Part shown: positions 20,901 through 30,441 of the stretch, in pieces
How positions within the stretch are numbered: the first letter of the stretch is position 1
How the letters are laid out: each line of letters opens with the position of its first letter
Source: a virus
Virus record (IMG/VR): IMGVR_UViG_3300042904_000196
Span: 1 to 64,000 of that record
DNA length: 64,000 nt
Strand: one strand, 5' to 3'
Notes under the pieces: model-generated
Databases searched by the model: none
What the model was told of the DNA's origin: nothing
What the model saw: only the letters and a program-made list of their open reading frames with translations
Program-made: the position numbers and the translations under genes

Positions 20901-21295
20901 GGTTCAGTAGCGGTGGCTCGGGTGGAGGTACAACGCATTTTTACGGGCGTGTGGTAAGTGCCACACTCGTACCCGGCCACAACGCTAAGTGGAAATACAC
21001 CCTCACTAAAATTGATAAAGATGGGTGGCTTGAAGATGGGGCATCCGTTGATCTTGTAGGTGAACACGCTCAAACGTTCACTAACTGTTACAATATTTGG
21101 GAAGCCAATAACCCGTCCGTAGGTTACGGGGCTATGGGCTGTGGAATGTACATTAGCTCGGCACAGTTTGCTGCCGATGAAAAGATGTTACCGGTTGTTG
21201 TTAATACCATTGTTGAAGTGCGTATAACAACCGACTGTAATGATGTTGTGCGTTGGAATTTCACTGGCATGAATCGGCCTCCGGAGTGTTCATAA
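17909..21295 (+). CDS. large tail tip/hub (central tail) protein
   Basis: 1128 aa; GKQWPLVFGKVAHVPAV and NTANIIRWLI...WQARC hub-like motifs; downstream of the tape measure. Confidence 0.7.
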   Translation: MSMVRFNLPGEAIALRAQEPMILVQVNWPGAGQRFYADRDYGVWKGRVINFSGIVSEKTRDSSGNVSQCNIILDDFDSEIKVIVDLVSTEGAEAYIYHQYKDGSQNELFRGRVTNLTWDEGQRQASFEVVSVIESLQVGFMATEDDTLDPNNEVAIGKQWPLVFGKVAHVPAVLAQTCPRGKLQDAIHLTPTLSKIYQMVGGGTSTTDYPKGVELLKETDVARIVDAPMVEGSVEVTELKKFRVKESKRFRHNTDIILSIGGVLFGGKFLISDNTHADYDVFTVAMPNLPKFYDVLFAARQVGKDYDNPKVAWLKDSNIDLSGCYVYVKYTQTYRDPETHTVKSREMIDENICVRQEGLKCWFKYPFKMKTCPGALESEINPEWGLPTQNSSLVAVYNIARNGMVIEIEAFVNEMKERLEGLRKDIRTNEAGIKSPYSPLLRQLDMMQFVKNAFWSAHAGSLVIEWVPVTGDIYVANATESDEVHAVHALRTMPNGEQVLTAVPKSFYTVNTSRNVNVEEPFTCTTIEFNRPLDSYDLNFDASEIFVTLTSSVGSNTANIIRWLIETYTGYDVDEISFDAVEAMVEQYPSNFAYFNNVDALSLIKEIAWQARCAIITDNEFVKIRYLSAVPVTQGLITESNVEFGNLELSTTPVDFIYTQLKANYQTSYDPTVVFPLRLIYSNNIDLYGLREQEVDFYIYNHPALIRKSMQFWGVRLSNSWRFLRLKSFTNLMNLEVFDAVTATFFTGIVPGSNTLGTIEATRFDPVNTSVDLTVWLSAIAGTTNQHAYAWLDEGLDEEYVNEADKYTETDVCLFYTIDKLDINETMREFRKMEMGSYSLGKIVGVDSVRPTRKRVLVYNRGPFRPPQPVKYVWMWDTTPHHDLKIGDWVQCQSGQDGIDYTTKYELPVHLAKVVSYGAGKYTLELVRPYDGPNNVWPWRVEENARGSEASAPAETIEAYNLAEIGKENAGELEPDTLVAVHHAANDTQTDNDPGFWWFSSGGSGGGTTHFYGRVVSATLVPGHNAKWKYTLTKIDKDGWLEDGASVDLVGEHAQTFTNCYNIWEANNPSVGYGAMGCGMYISSAQFAADEKMLPVVVNTIVEVRITTDCNDVVRWNFTGMNRPPECS

Positions 21296-23841
21296 TGCGT
21301 TGCCTATGCAGGTACATTTTGGCTACAAACTGTGATGGACCCGGTAGTCCGCCAACAGTCTATGTAACACTCAAAGCCCTTGAGGGTATTGTTACGGAGA
21401 AGTGGTTCGGCCTTCAAACGAAGGATGGATTCTGGTGCTACAGCATCGATCCTTCCGATCCTTCGGTATGCGAAACACCGGCCAATGCTGTAATCATTCG
21501 GACCTTAGGAAGTGTTACGCTGTATGACGACTGTGACTGTGCTCTCGGTGATCCCCATGCTTACCCTCGCGGGTATGTGATACCGGGACAGAAAACAGGC
21601 GATCCGATTTTAGGTGGTACGGGCGGTACCCCGGTTCCGGGAAACACTGGAAACGATGGAACCGGGGTGCCTGCACTGGGTATTGAAGGTACACCTTGCG
21701 ATGATACCTTGGACAATCCCCCGGAAGTGTGGGGTGTCATCCTTGGAACGACCACAGGATCGGTGGTCTACAGGGTTGGTCGTTGGTGTTACTCGTTTGA
21801 CTTAACCGATACGCCGACGACGATCCCCGGAACGGCCATGAAAATCTGGCTCACCAACAACGATCAGACATGTGAAGAATGTGTTTTCGGTATCCCGGTC
21901 GAGTATTGCGGACGTGGCGGAGCAAGCAATGTCCCGCTCTTTGTTCACATTCCCGACGCACCTGCAACGGAAATGTTCTTTGTCTATAACGGGGCCTGTG
22001 TCCGGTTTGATCCGGACCGGGCTCCCGAGGTTGTACCCGCTACGGGTCGCTTTGTGACTCCGAGGGACGAGTACACCGATTGTGAGGATTGTGATTCCGG
22101 AATCATTTCGACTCCTTGCTCAGGCCAAGATAGTAACTATCCTAAGCTATGGGTACGGGAGCCGTATATTCCTTTGGAAGATTGTGTTGACCGGGTTAGT
22201 GGTTACTTAATGCATTTTAATGCCGAGGGTACACGGGTTGCAAAACCCGCTAACTATGTCGATTACATTCCCCGAAGAGACTTTGAGACATGCGACGATG
22301 CTCGTTGCGGTGTAAAACGCAAAGGCAAAGGGAAGCAGTGGTACATCTGTCCGACGTTTGCAGGTAAGGAATACGTTAAGAATTTTTGGTCCATCGAGGA
22401 AGATATTCCTGATTTGGATACAGCGTATTTCAGGGTCATTAACAACGTCCCTTACTACATGCCTGCCGGACCCTTGCACGAGTTGCCGAATGATGCCAGA
22501 ATCATTGCGGTGATTGCAGAGTACGAAGATTGTATTGAAGCCATCGACGACGGGAGTAACTTTCCAACCGATCCTGATGACGATGATGATAATGATAGAC
22601 CTGACGACGATCAGGACGGTGATCCTGATGCCGATGAAGACGAGGATGAAGATGGTACACCGGATGGGCCTCCCGGTGGTCCGGGTACCGGCGGTGAAAA
22701 CAACGGCGGTGAAGACGATTCTGATGATGGCAATGAAACGCCTAATTCGTATTGTCAAGAACATAAGATAGCGTGCTACAATAAAACACGCGATTGTTTC
22801 GATGGAAGTATCCTCAATTGCAGGATGCCAAACATCAAACGTGGTTCCGTTGCACACCTGAACAACGATGAATGTTTTGAATCCATTGCCCATAACGGTG
22901 ATCTGTTGCCGAGTTGCTTCGATGCCGGGCAACCACTTGAGGGCCTCGCGGTTGCTTATACGGCTTCGTCGTGTACATCGTGCAAGCCACCCAAGAGGTG
23001 CTATACGTCGTGGAGGTTCCAGTGTGACCCGCCCACCATGACGTACCTTGCAACATACTGTAGCGATAGTGACCTTAGCACAGACTGGGTTCCAGATGGC
23101 GACGATTTCATTAAGTTCGTTCAGGGTGGAGTATGTAACTTAACGTCGCATTGTCAGACACCTTCGTCTGATCCGCCTTTGGCTCCGCCTGCGAACCCGA
23201 CACATCTGTGCCCGAAAGATTGCTATGTGCAGTGGAAGTACGATTGCCAAACTGAGGCCATAACGGTTGTCAGCAAAACGTGCACGGCAACAGATTTGAC
23301 TAGTGACTGGACCCTCGTAGGTGAACACTTCTACAAGACCGTAAAGGGTGCAACGTGCAGCGTTGACGGAGACTGTGTCGATGGCACGACTCCGAGTCCG
23401 CCTGTTTCGGTTGTCGGGTGTGCAAACTGTGCATGTCCGGGTGCGGTGTTCATGGAAGACATTACGATCAGCCCGGATGGATCGGTTGAATACTTCAATG
23501 GTGGTGCCCCGCTACCTGCGGGCAATTATCGATTGTGTTATTTGAGCGGTGGTTACTTTCATACGCCCTCAGGTGAATATACCCTTGGCGATGAAACTGA
23601 TTTTGAAACAACCTCAGCGTTCTTCCCTGCGGCTGGTACGCGAAGCTGGGGCGGTAGTTTCGGCAGTAACCACGCATCGATGGCTGCTCTTGAAGCCTAT
23701 CACCGTGACCCGGCTAACATACCGTGTGAATGTTTCGTTGGAGATGATTCCGGAATCGGTTATATGCAGTTTGTTTTGGCCAATGGCGATTATGCAGACT
23801 ACTCAGGTACCTGCGTGTTCAGATTGTGGAGTTGCGACTAA
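21295..23841 (+). CDS. large Cys-rich repeat protein with an acidic linker (possible receptor-binding/virion protein)
   Basis: TAATG coupling at 21293-21297; repeated CxxC-ending modules; DPDDDDDNDRPDDDQDGDPDADEDEDEDG linker. Confidence 0.7.
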   Translation: MRCLCRYILATNCDGPGSPPTVYVTLKALEGIVTEKWFGLQTKDGFWCYSIDPSDPSVCETPANAVIIRTLGSVTLYDDCDCALGDPHAYPRGYVIPGQKTGDPILGGTGGTPVPGNTGNDGTGVPALGIEGTPCDDTLDNPPEVWGVILGTTTGSVVYRVGRWCYSFDLTDTPTTIPGTAMKIWLTNNDQTCEECVFGIPVEYCGRGGASNVPLFVHIPDAPATEMFFVYNGACVRFDPDRAPEVVPATGRFVTPRDEYTDCEDCDSGIISTPCSGQDSNYPKLWVREPYIPLEDCVDRVSGYLMHFNAEGTRVAKPANYVDYIPRRDFETCDDARCGVKRKGKGKQWYICPTFAGKEYVKNFWSIEEDIPDLDTAYFRVINNVPYYMPAGPLHELPNDARIIAVIAEYEDCIEAIDDGSNFPTDPDDDDDNDRPDDDQDGDPDADEDEDEDGTPDGPPGGPGTGGENNGGEDDSDDGNETPNSYCQEHKIACYNKTRDCFDGSILNCRMPNIKRGSVAHLNNDECFESIAHNGDLLPSCFDAGQPLEGLAVAYTASSCTSCKPPKRCYTSWRFQCDPPTMTYLATYCSDSDLSTDWVPDGDDFIKFVQGGVCNLTSHCQTPSSDPPLAPPANPTHLCPKDCYVQWKYDCQTEAITVVSKTCTATDLTSDWTLVGEHFYKTVKGATCSVDGDCVDGTTPSPPVSVVGCANCACPGAVFMEDITISPDGSVEYFNGGAPLPAGNYRLCYLSGGYFHTPSGEYTLGDETDFETTSAFFPAAGTRSWGGSFGSNHASMAALEAYHRDPANIPCECFVGDDSGIGYMQFVLANGDYADYSGTCVFRLWSCD

Positions 23842-24443
23842 TGCTTATCAAAGAGGATTATCTAAAGGACATGTGGGGTAAGCTTTGGCGTGCCAAACAT
23901 ACTCCACTATCTGAGCGTGATGGCTTTGTTGAGTTCTCCGATAGCTACGAGCCAGCGGCGAAGCTGGTTGGTCTAAAGGTTGATCCGCTGCCTGCGGACG
24001 CCTTGCAGGTGCCCCTAGACAAACTGCAAGAAACGGCTAAGGTAAGTAGGAAAGGCTACCTTAATACCATCATCAAAAAGGCCATCAAAGTAACCGATAC
24101 GTATGTTATACTCCGTGAAAAGGATTACCACGAACTGAGCAAACAGTTCGGTATACCCGTGGGTACACGACCCAAGATCGGCGTAGGTGGAGCCATGAAA
24201 GCTGCCTATGCCATAGCGACCTCGAAGGTTGTACCTCTTGAAGTCTACGATGAGCGGCAAGCGGTTTGTCGCGAATGTTCCTATGCACGGAAAGATGATT
24301 CCGGAATCTTTTGCGGTGTTTGTGGCTGTGCTGTTTTGCGTGAGAAGAAAGCCATTGTTAATCTGGCTAAGTACGAAGAAAACTTACCCCACTGGGGGTG
24401 CAAGCACCCTGAACGAAGTAAGGGTAAAGGCTGGCTACGATGA
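23841..24443 (+). CDS. hypothetical protein with a C-terminal Cys cluster (CxxC...CxxCGC...C)
   Basis: TAATG coupling; RQAVCREC...CGVCGC...WGCKHP. Confidence 0.6.
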   Translation: MLIKEDYLKDMWGKLWRAKHTPLSERDGFVEFSDSYEPAAKLVGLKVDPLPADALQVPLDKLQETAKVSRKGYLNTIIKKAIKVTDTYVILREKDYHELSKQFGIPVGTRPKIGVGGAMKAAYAIATSKVVPLEVYDERQAVCRECSYARKDDSGIFCGVCGCAVLREKKAIVNLAKYEENLPHWGCKHPERSKGKGWLR

Positions 24444-25225
24444 AAGCTATACTGCTCATTGTGTGTCTGTTACTGGGCGGTTGTTCACAGGCGGCCAAGA
24501 AAGAATTCTTGGCAACCATGAATCAACTGACTATTGCTAAGCGTGAAGTGCCCAAGGTTGTGGAATCTATCAAAACAGGTCAGAAAGCTGTTAATGAAAT
24601 TCCTAACCTGATAAAATCTATTGATCCGGTTATCCGCTCCAGTGTTGAGTCCAAGATCAATGAGGCGAATGTCTCATTTGATGCGGGAATCAAAGCCAGT
24701 GAGGATCTGCGGTTAGCCATTGACGAGGCTATTGTTTCTTCAGGTAACGATGCTAAGGTCATTGAGGGGCATGTAGCTACCATTGTGAAGCAGAAAGAAG
24801 CCTTACAAAATGATACGTTAAAACGTAACATCGAGAAAGGCTCCTACGTTGCCCTCTTTGCCGGGATTGTTTTGATTATTGCGGGGTTCGTACTCATTAC
24901 GCGACTAGGACCCATTGCAGGCTGGCTTAGAGACATCGGGTTTGTGCTATTCGGTGCCGGGCTCTTTGGAGCTATGCTTGCCTACTACTTCGTTGAGATA
25001 CGTTTGCTGTTACTCGGCATAACACTATGCGTCGTGGTAATAGCTTTGATTCTGGTATCAATTAAGGTGTTTCATTATAAGAGGGCCGGATATTCGATTG
25101 TTGGTTCCGTAGAAAAGCTTTTCAATGAGGGCTTTCTACAGAAGACACCTGATGTGCTTGCTACGCTTAAAAAGTCGCAGAACAAAGCTGCGGCCAAGTT
25201 AGTCGACCGCTTTCAAGGCAAATAA
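24440..25225 (+). CDS. lipoprotein with a coiled coil and C-terminal TM helices (possible lysis/spanin-like)
   Basis: MKAILLIVCLLLGGC lipobox-like signal, helical middle, three hydrophobic segments; last gene of the late operon. Confidence 0.6.
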   Translation: MKAILLIVCLLLGGCSQAAKKEFLATMNQLTIAKREVPKVVESIKTGQKAVNEIPNLIKSIDPVIRSSVESKINEANVSFDAGIKASEDLRLAIDEAIVSSGNDAKVIEGHVATIVKQKEALQNDTLKRNIEKGSYVALFAGIVLIIAGFVLITRLGPIAGWLRDIGFVLFGAGLFGAMLAYYFVEIRLLLLGITLCVVVIALILVSIKVFHYKRAGYSIVGSVEKLFNEGFLQKTPDVLATLKKSQNKAAAKLVDRFQGK

Positions 25226-25263
25226 AAAAGGCCCCGGATACCGTAAGGTGTCCGGGGCCTTTT
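25226..25263. terminator. bidirectional intrinsic terminator between convergent operons
   Basis: AAAAGGCCCCGGATACC-GTAA-GGTGTCCGGGGCCTTTT. Confidence 0.85.
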
Positions 25264-25385
25264 GCGTTATAGGAAGATCGTTAGGAAGTAGGCGACACCG
25301 CCTATGCACGTGAAAAGCAACACAAGATAAATCAGCGTCAATATCCACTCAAAGAACGAGGATTCATTGTCGTCGTCATAGTCGA

Positions 25386-25616
25386 TCATTCAAAATCCTT
25401 ATGCACGATACGCGGGAAGATAGCTTGCTCCTGCAAGATAGCAATAGATATCCCAAGCCACTGCTTCGGGATAAGTTGTTCCTGCGGAAAAAACGAGCGA
25501 ATCTTACCGTAGAGACTTTGCGTCCAAACCTCAAGAATCATAATAAATAGTGGTGCACGGTATTCACCCTGCTCTGATTCCGCAATCATTCGAGCTTGTG
25601 CCCACGTAATCATCAA
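25386..25616 (-). CDS. hypothetical protein
   Basis: Overlaps the exonuclease stop; operon-like arrangement. Confidence 0.5.
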   Translation of the reverse strand: MMITWAQARMIAESEQGEYRAPLFIMILEVWTQSLYGKIRSFFPQEQLIPKQWLGISIAILQEQAIFPRIVHKDFE

Positions 25617-26251
25617 TTACCCATATACATGGTTAGCATTTTCTTATACACAGCAATAGTCGTCAAACAGTCACCCAAGGCATCGTGCGATTTGGGATTA
25701 TCGATGGAAAGCTGCGAAGCAAGGTATTTCAAATTCACCTTGGGGAAGGGGGGTGCAACTTCCAAAAAGGATGCACGATCATTTAGATACAGAGCAGCAC
25801 ACATGGTATCGCGGTAGTGGTAATCGATGCGATGGCTGTACGACTCTTCACCAAGCCAGTCAACCAAGAAATTCTTGTCGAACTGGTAGTTCTGTCCGAG
25901 CGGAGTAATTTTCTTATTGTGGGCCAACTGCAAAGAATCACACCACTCATCGAACATGTCCGCCAGCTTATACGGCTCGACACCATGCTGCATGATGTCA
26001 GCCAAGGTGCGATTGTTCACTCCCAAGGCTTTCGGATCGGCGTTCTCAGGTCGCTTCGGTTTGATGTCGTAGACAAACGGCATAATAAGCTTATCACCGA
26101 TCATCTTTAAGACGTTCAGGTTGCTATCCAAAGGAACGATAGCCACCTGAATAATGTCGTGGTACCCGGCAACGAGGCCAGTCGTTTCAGTATCAATGGC
26201 ACACAGGAGATTGCCATTGAGATGTTTCATCCTATCCATGATAGTGTCCAA
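25613..26251 (-). CDS. DEDDh 3'-5' exonuclease (DnaQ/RNase T-like)
   Basis: AIDTETTGL, QNYQFDKNFL, HDALGDC motifs. Confidence 0.85.
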   Translation of the reverse strand: MDTIMDRMKHLNGNLLCAIDTETTGLVAGYHDIIQVAIVPLDSNLNVLKMIGDKLIMPFVYDIKPKRPENADPKALGVNNRTLADIMQHGVEPYKLADMFDEWCDSLQLAHNKKITPLGQNYQFDKNFLVDWLGEESYSHRIDYHYRDTMCAALYLNDRASFLEVAPPFPKVNLKYLASQLSIDNPKSHDALGDCLTTIAVYKKMLTMYMGN

Positions 26252-26795
26252 TCTGCTTCAAAATTTCCATAAGGTTGTTGTAAAGATCACGCAGCGTACC
26301 ATTATTCTTGACAATGAAATCCCAAGGTGCATCCTCAGGAATTTCATGGTCCACACTTAGTCCTGTTCTTAGGGGAGCGGAATCCCTGTCAATGCGTATC
26401 AAAACGCCCTTGCGTTGCTTGACAGTGTTGAACTCTTCCATGAAACGGGTGTCACTGAACAGGATGATTCCGGAATCATTTAGCCCATGGAGAGCAGACC
26501 GGGCAAATGTCTCCGTATGAATTTGTCTACAGTGGTGCGTACCGAAGACGATCCAGAGTTCAACGACATTCATGTTGAGTGCTGGGATAATCTTTTTCCG
26601 TTCCTCGGGGTTCTTCTCATAGTAGTCAGCACTCTGAACACCGGCCCAACCATACAGCTTGTGGCAAGCATCCTTCAAAGGTGATGCCCATGCTGTCTTG
26701 ATACTGGGGATGTTCTTGGAACGGAAGTACGTGAGAAGCAATTCACACGCGGCGTCTTTGCCGGTGCGACTTCGTTGTCCGAAAGCAATAATCAT
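26232..26795 (-). CDS. deoxynucleoside monophosphate kinase
   Basis: GQRSRTGKD P-loop, WASPLKDA, SDTRFMEE motifs. Confidence 0.8.
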   Translation of the reverse strand: MIIAFGQRSRTGKDAACELLLTYFRSKNIPSIKTAWASPLKDACHKLYGWAGVQSADYYEKNPEERKKIIPALNMNVVELWIVFGTHHCRQIHTETFARSALHGLNDSGIILFSDTRFMEEFNTVKQRKGVLIRIDRDSAPLRTGLSVDHEIPEDAPWDFIVKNNGTLRDLYNNLMEILKQIGHYHG

Positions 26796-26803
26796 GTTAT
26801 CCT

Positions 26804-27241
26804 TTACTTGCCTGTGCTACCGAAACCGCCTTCGCCGCGTCCGGTTACAGTCAGTGTTTCCAATTCCGAAACATCACCAACACAATGCGGGATAAGCACC
26901 ATTTGTGCCACCCGATCACCGGGTATTAGGTAAGCCGTTTGGATGCCGCAATGCCACAAAGCAAGTTTCACCTCGCCACGGTAATCACTATCAACGATAT
27001 TGCTACTGCGTAGCATGATGCCTTGCTTGGTAGCCATACCACTCCGGGGAGCGATTAGGCCAAAATAACCTTTAGGGATTGCAACAGCGATCCCGGTGGA
27101 GGCCATTTTGAATTCGCCCGGATTCATAGTAACGTCTTCGTCCAAGTAAAGATCGTACCCGGCGGCTTCCGGGGTTCCTCTCGTGGGTAGCTTAGCCGTT
27201 TCCGTTAGTCGCTTCACGTAGAGTACCAATTGACCAACCAT
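26804..27241 (-). CDS. dut: trimeric dUTPase
   Basis: AAGYDL, PRSGMA, VDSDYRGE, GDRVAQ, RGEGGFGSTG; probable start at MVGQ (27241) after GAGG. Confidence 0.93.
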   Translation of the reverse strand: MVGQLVLYVKRLTETAKLPTRGTPEAAGYDLYLDEDVTMNPGEFKMASTGIAVAIPKGYFGLIAPRSGMATKQGIMLRSSNIVDSDYRGEVKLALWHCGIQTAYLIPGDRVAQMVLIPHCVGDVSELETLTVTGRGEGGFGSTGK

Positions 27242-27404
27242 TTTGTTCCTCTTTGATTCTGAAATCATTATTGAGTTTTGGAATGTTGACCCCGATGAAC
27301 TTACCGGGCTCGTATTCAATATAACGCATATTACCAAGCTCAAGGGCGTACATAAGAATTTTCTTGTCGCCGTCTTTCAGAGATTTGAGAATTTCTCTTA
27401 ACAT
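27192..27404 (-). CDS. hypothetical protein
   Basis: TAATG-coupled to the primase stop (MLREILK...). Confidence 0.5.
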   Translation of the reverse strand: MLREILKSLKDGDKKILMYALELGNMRYIEYEPGKFIGVNIPKLNNDFRIKEEQNGWSIGTLREATNGNG

Positions 27405-30100
27405 TATTCTGCACCCGGACGCAGCCAACCCAACTTATCGACAACCCAAGGCTTGCCAGCAGGAGTCTCTGCTTTGAAGCTTATGTTGCCGATGTAGTTT
27501 TGGCCTCCATCGAAGGTCGCCTTACCGTAGGGGTATTGTGGCGGTAAGGATTCCTTAATCTTTTTGCGGGTCCATGCCGGTACGTCTTCCGGTTCAAGGG
27601 TAAGCACAAAGCGTTCTGAAAATTCCAAGAACGAGATACTAGCTCCCTTGATTGGGAAACAGTTTTCATCAATAAAGCGTTCAAGCTCTGTCCTGTTGCC
27701 TGCTTGAACCTGAAACTTCATATCGGACATGATAACAGGCAAATTCAATCTATCATTGCTCTTGGGCAACTCTAATCGTAACAAGTCGGCCAAAAGGTCC
27801 GGGGCTTCCTTTTCAAGGAGAGGAAAAAGGTCTTTCTTAGGAATCAAATTGAGCATATCCAGTGGAGGCACATGCAACATCGTTATCCGGGTGTCGCCGG
27901 GGAAGATTGGACAGTACCGGTGGTCATTCGCACATTGCACCCAGTGGGTACAATTGGGAACATGAAAGGGGGCCTGATACATGTGTCTAACGTTGAGATG
28001 CTTACTGGTGACCCAGTCTTTGATTCGGTTGTAAGCAACCTTATTTCCCTGAAGGTCGGTTTCTTCAACAACACATAGGACCGCATGTTGCAACTCTCCG
28101 TTGAAGCCGCTTGAATTCGTAAGAGCCAAGTCCGCACGCTGATATCCACTTGTGACGAGAAGTGCAATAGCTTCGTGAAAAGATGACTTTCCAGTATTTT
28201 GCTCGCCATAGAAAAAGAGATATGGGAGCGGTTCAAGAGGTTCTTTGAGAAGTGAAGCGAGCCAACATTTAAGATAATCCGCTCCGGTGGCAAGTCCGTT
28301 AGCTTGGCACCAAGGGTGAGATTTGATTGCGGAATCAATTGACTGTCCGCAATGCTGAAAGATACGGGACCATGTGGGGTAGGAGTAACTGTCTTTACCC
28401 ACAGAAGGGAGGAAGCGTAACTGAGCTGCGTTTCGATTCCATTTTCTATCTCCGGGGTACTCGGGTTGAAAAGGCCGATTAACGAGTTGCCAGCAACGCA
28501 TAACGGAAGCACCGAGAATATCCTTAATTTGCCCGGCGTCTTTTCCCATGTAGTTGAGGGCATCCTTAACATTGTCTTTAGACTCGTTATGCCATTCTCC
28601 GGTTTTATTGAGATACCATCCAAAGTCTTCTCCTTTTTCGGTAACCACGTGACGGAGCAAGTCGTCGGTATTTTCTACCTCGGACTCGGTACTCGGGGTG
28701 ACACTCATACGTTCTATACGTGACCAAAAACCTTTCTTCTCAAGGTAGCCTTCCATCTCTGATGGGGCATCCTTGTCGGAGGCTTCGATCTTAAAAATCA
28801 AACGGCCATCTTTGTGCTGGCTCAACATAGCGGATCGGTGTTCCAACTTTTTGGGATAGGGAATCTTGACGCCTAGGGCTTTAGCGGCTTGCTCGGCTTT
28901 GGTGACGGAGGGGAACACAAAATTGCCCTTTTCATCCTCGACGCCTGAAAACGATCTGCAAGCGGTTCGGAAGTCGGGGTCAACATTATAAAGACACCGG
29001 GTCCATCCAGAAGTGTCCTGATCCCATGTGGTAGCTTCGGCCACACCACGAGTATGACGCCGGATTGACCATCCGCCCTTACGCAACGGGAAAGCGAAAC
29101 AGTTCTGGTCTGATCCTCGCTCGGTTCCTTGGGCAAGGGTGTCAAAGATTCCTCGCAAGCCGAGTTCACTGTGTGCCCGCTTGAGGTCGGCTGTATGACA
29201 GACGAGCATGTTCCGGTCACTGTCCCACCAGAAAAGGCAGTTTTCTTTTTGAAGCCAGACAATAAGAGCCTTATGTTCTTCATCGCGTTGGAGAATCGTT
29301 TGCTGACCACAGACAAGATCAAAGTCAGTCACCTCTTTATCATTTGATTCCGGCATCAAAGATGTCGTTGCACGCTTACGCTTATTGGTAACAACGCCAA
29401 TATGGTCTTTCCAGTTAAGCGGAACCTGCGTCAAAGGGACGCCTTCCTTAATAACTTTCAGACCTTCGGGGTTGTTCAGCATCTTGCGATGCCACACCCA
29501 CATATTGCCGCCGCACGTATCCACCTTAGCGAGGAAGTCGTAGCCCGTTAAAGCGCTCAGGTGCCCCAAAATTGATCGGGCAAGGGCTGCGTGCTCAGTG
29601 TGATTACTCGTTGGTACAGGAGGATCGAGGGTGACATATAGATGTAGCCCTTTACCACCTGTAGATCGTCTGACCGTGATCCATGGAATTGATGTGACGG
29701 CAGACTGAACGGCACCCAATTCTTCCGTGGTGAGCTTTTTCTCGTGTTTGTCAGAATGGCCTGTAATAGCGTCGAAGTCGTAAGCCACCCAACGGGAAGC
29801 GCGTTCTCGCCAATTCCAGCCAGTGAGTCCGATACCTTCAACATGCTTCTCCAAATCGAATTTGATTTCGGAATCAGTATACTCAGGTTCGCTGGCCGCG
29901 TTCCAAGGGATTCTGAAAGCCTTCCACGTGGTGAGCCCGTCAGAGTATCCCCGCCACACGCGGCCATTAAATTCACCTGTGACCATTTCTCCGTTATCTT
30001 GTGCGACATTCACCTGACATTCCATACCTAGATTGTATGCGTCTGCCAACGGTGAATAGTGTTTCAGGAAGCGTTGTACAGCTTCACTACGTGTAGGCAT
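27404..30100 (-). CDS. primase-helicase (AEP/Prim-Pol N-terminus plus SF3-type NTPase)
   Basis: YDFDA and RSTGGKGLHLY (AEP motifs); GEQNTGKS Walker A; CVVEE Walker B; QCAN motif C. Confidence 0.85.
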   Translation of the reverse strand: MPTRSEAVQRFLKHYSPLADAYNLGMECQVNVAQDNGEMVTGEFNGRVWRGYSDGLTTWKAFRIPWNAASEPEYTDSEIKFDLEKHVEGIGLTGWNWRERASRWVAYDFDAITGHSDKHEKKLTTEELGAVQSAVTSIPWITVRRSTGGKGLHLYVTLDPPVPTSNHTEHAALARSILGHLSALTGYDFLAKVDTCGGNMWVWHRKMLNNPEGLKVIKEGVPLTQVPLNWKDHIGVVTNKRKRATTSLMPESNDKEVTDFDLVCGQQTILQRDEEHKALIVWLQKENCLFWWDSDRNMLVCHTADLKRAHSELGLRGIFDTLAQGTERGSDQNCFAFPLRKGGWSIRRHTRGVAEATTWDQDTSGWTRCLYNVDPDFRTACRSFSGVEDEKGNFVFPSVTKAEQAAKALGVKIPYPKKLEHRSAMLSQHKDGRLIFKIEASDKDAPSEMEGYLEKKGFWSRIERMSVTPSTESEVENTDDLLRHVVTEKGEDFGWYLNKTGEWHNESKDNVKDALNYMGKDAGQIKDILGASVMRCWQLVNRPFQPEYPGDRKWNRNAAQLRFLPSVGKDSYSYPTWSRIFQHCGQSIDSAIKSHPWCQANGLATGADYLKCWLASLLKEPLEPLPYLFFYGEQNTGKSSFHEAIALLVTSGYQRADLALTNSSGFNGELQHAVLCVVEETDLQGNKVAYNRIKDWVTSKHLNVRHMYQAPFHVPNCTHWVQCANDHRYCPIFPGDTRITMLHVPPLDMLNLIPKKDLFPLLEKEAPDLLADLLRLELPKSNDRLNLPVIMSDMKFQVQAGNRTELERFIDENCFPIKGASISFLEFSERFVLTLEPEDVPAWTRKKIKESLPPQYPYGKATFDGGQNYIGNISFKAETPAGKPWVVDKLGWLRPGAE

Positions 30101-30441
30101 TAATTTTTCACCTTAAAAGTGTGTCCGTTCCTCAAATAGATATCACAAATGCGGGCAGCCCATGCACCCGCTATCGCGGCACGCTCAAAAGCCGAGTGCC
30201 CATGGTAAATCGAGATGAGCCATTCGGGTAATGTGATTCTGGAATCAATATGCCCGGAAATCATATAGCCAGCGTAGGCTTCCAAGGTACGCAGACTGTA
30301 GGTGTTACGGTCGTGGTCCAGCGTATAACCCTGCATAATCTGCTTAAAGTGCTCATATGTGATGAGCGTGATGCCCGATAGCCCATCTGTTGACGATAAT
30401 TGGTTGAAAACAGCTCTCTTCTCAGTCATTCGTTTTGCCAT
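30100..30441 (-). CDS. hypothetical protein, first gene of the leftward operon
   Basis: TAATG coupling to the primase gene; palindrome variant 4 bp upstream of the start. Confidence 0.55.
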   Translation of the reverse strand: MAKRMTEKRAVFNQLSSTDGLSGITLITYEHFKQIMQGYTLDHDRNTYSLRTLEAYAGYMISGHIDSRITLPEWLISIYHGHSAFERAAIAGAWAARICDIYLRNGHTFKVKN

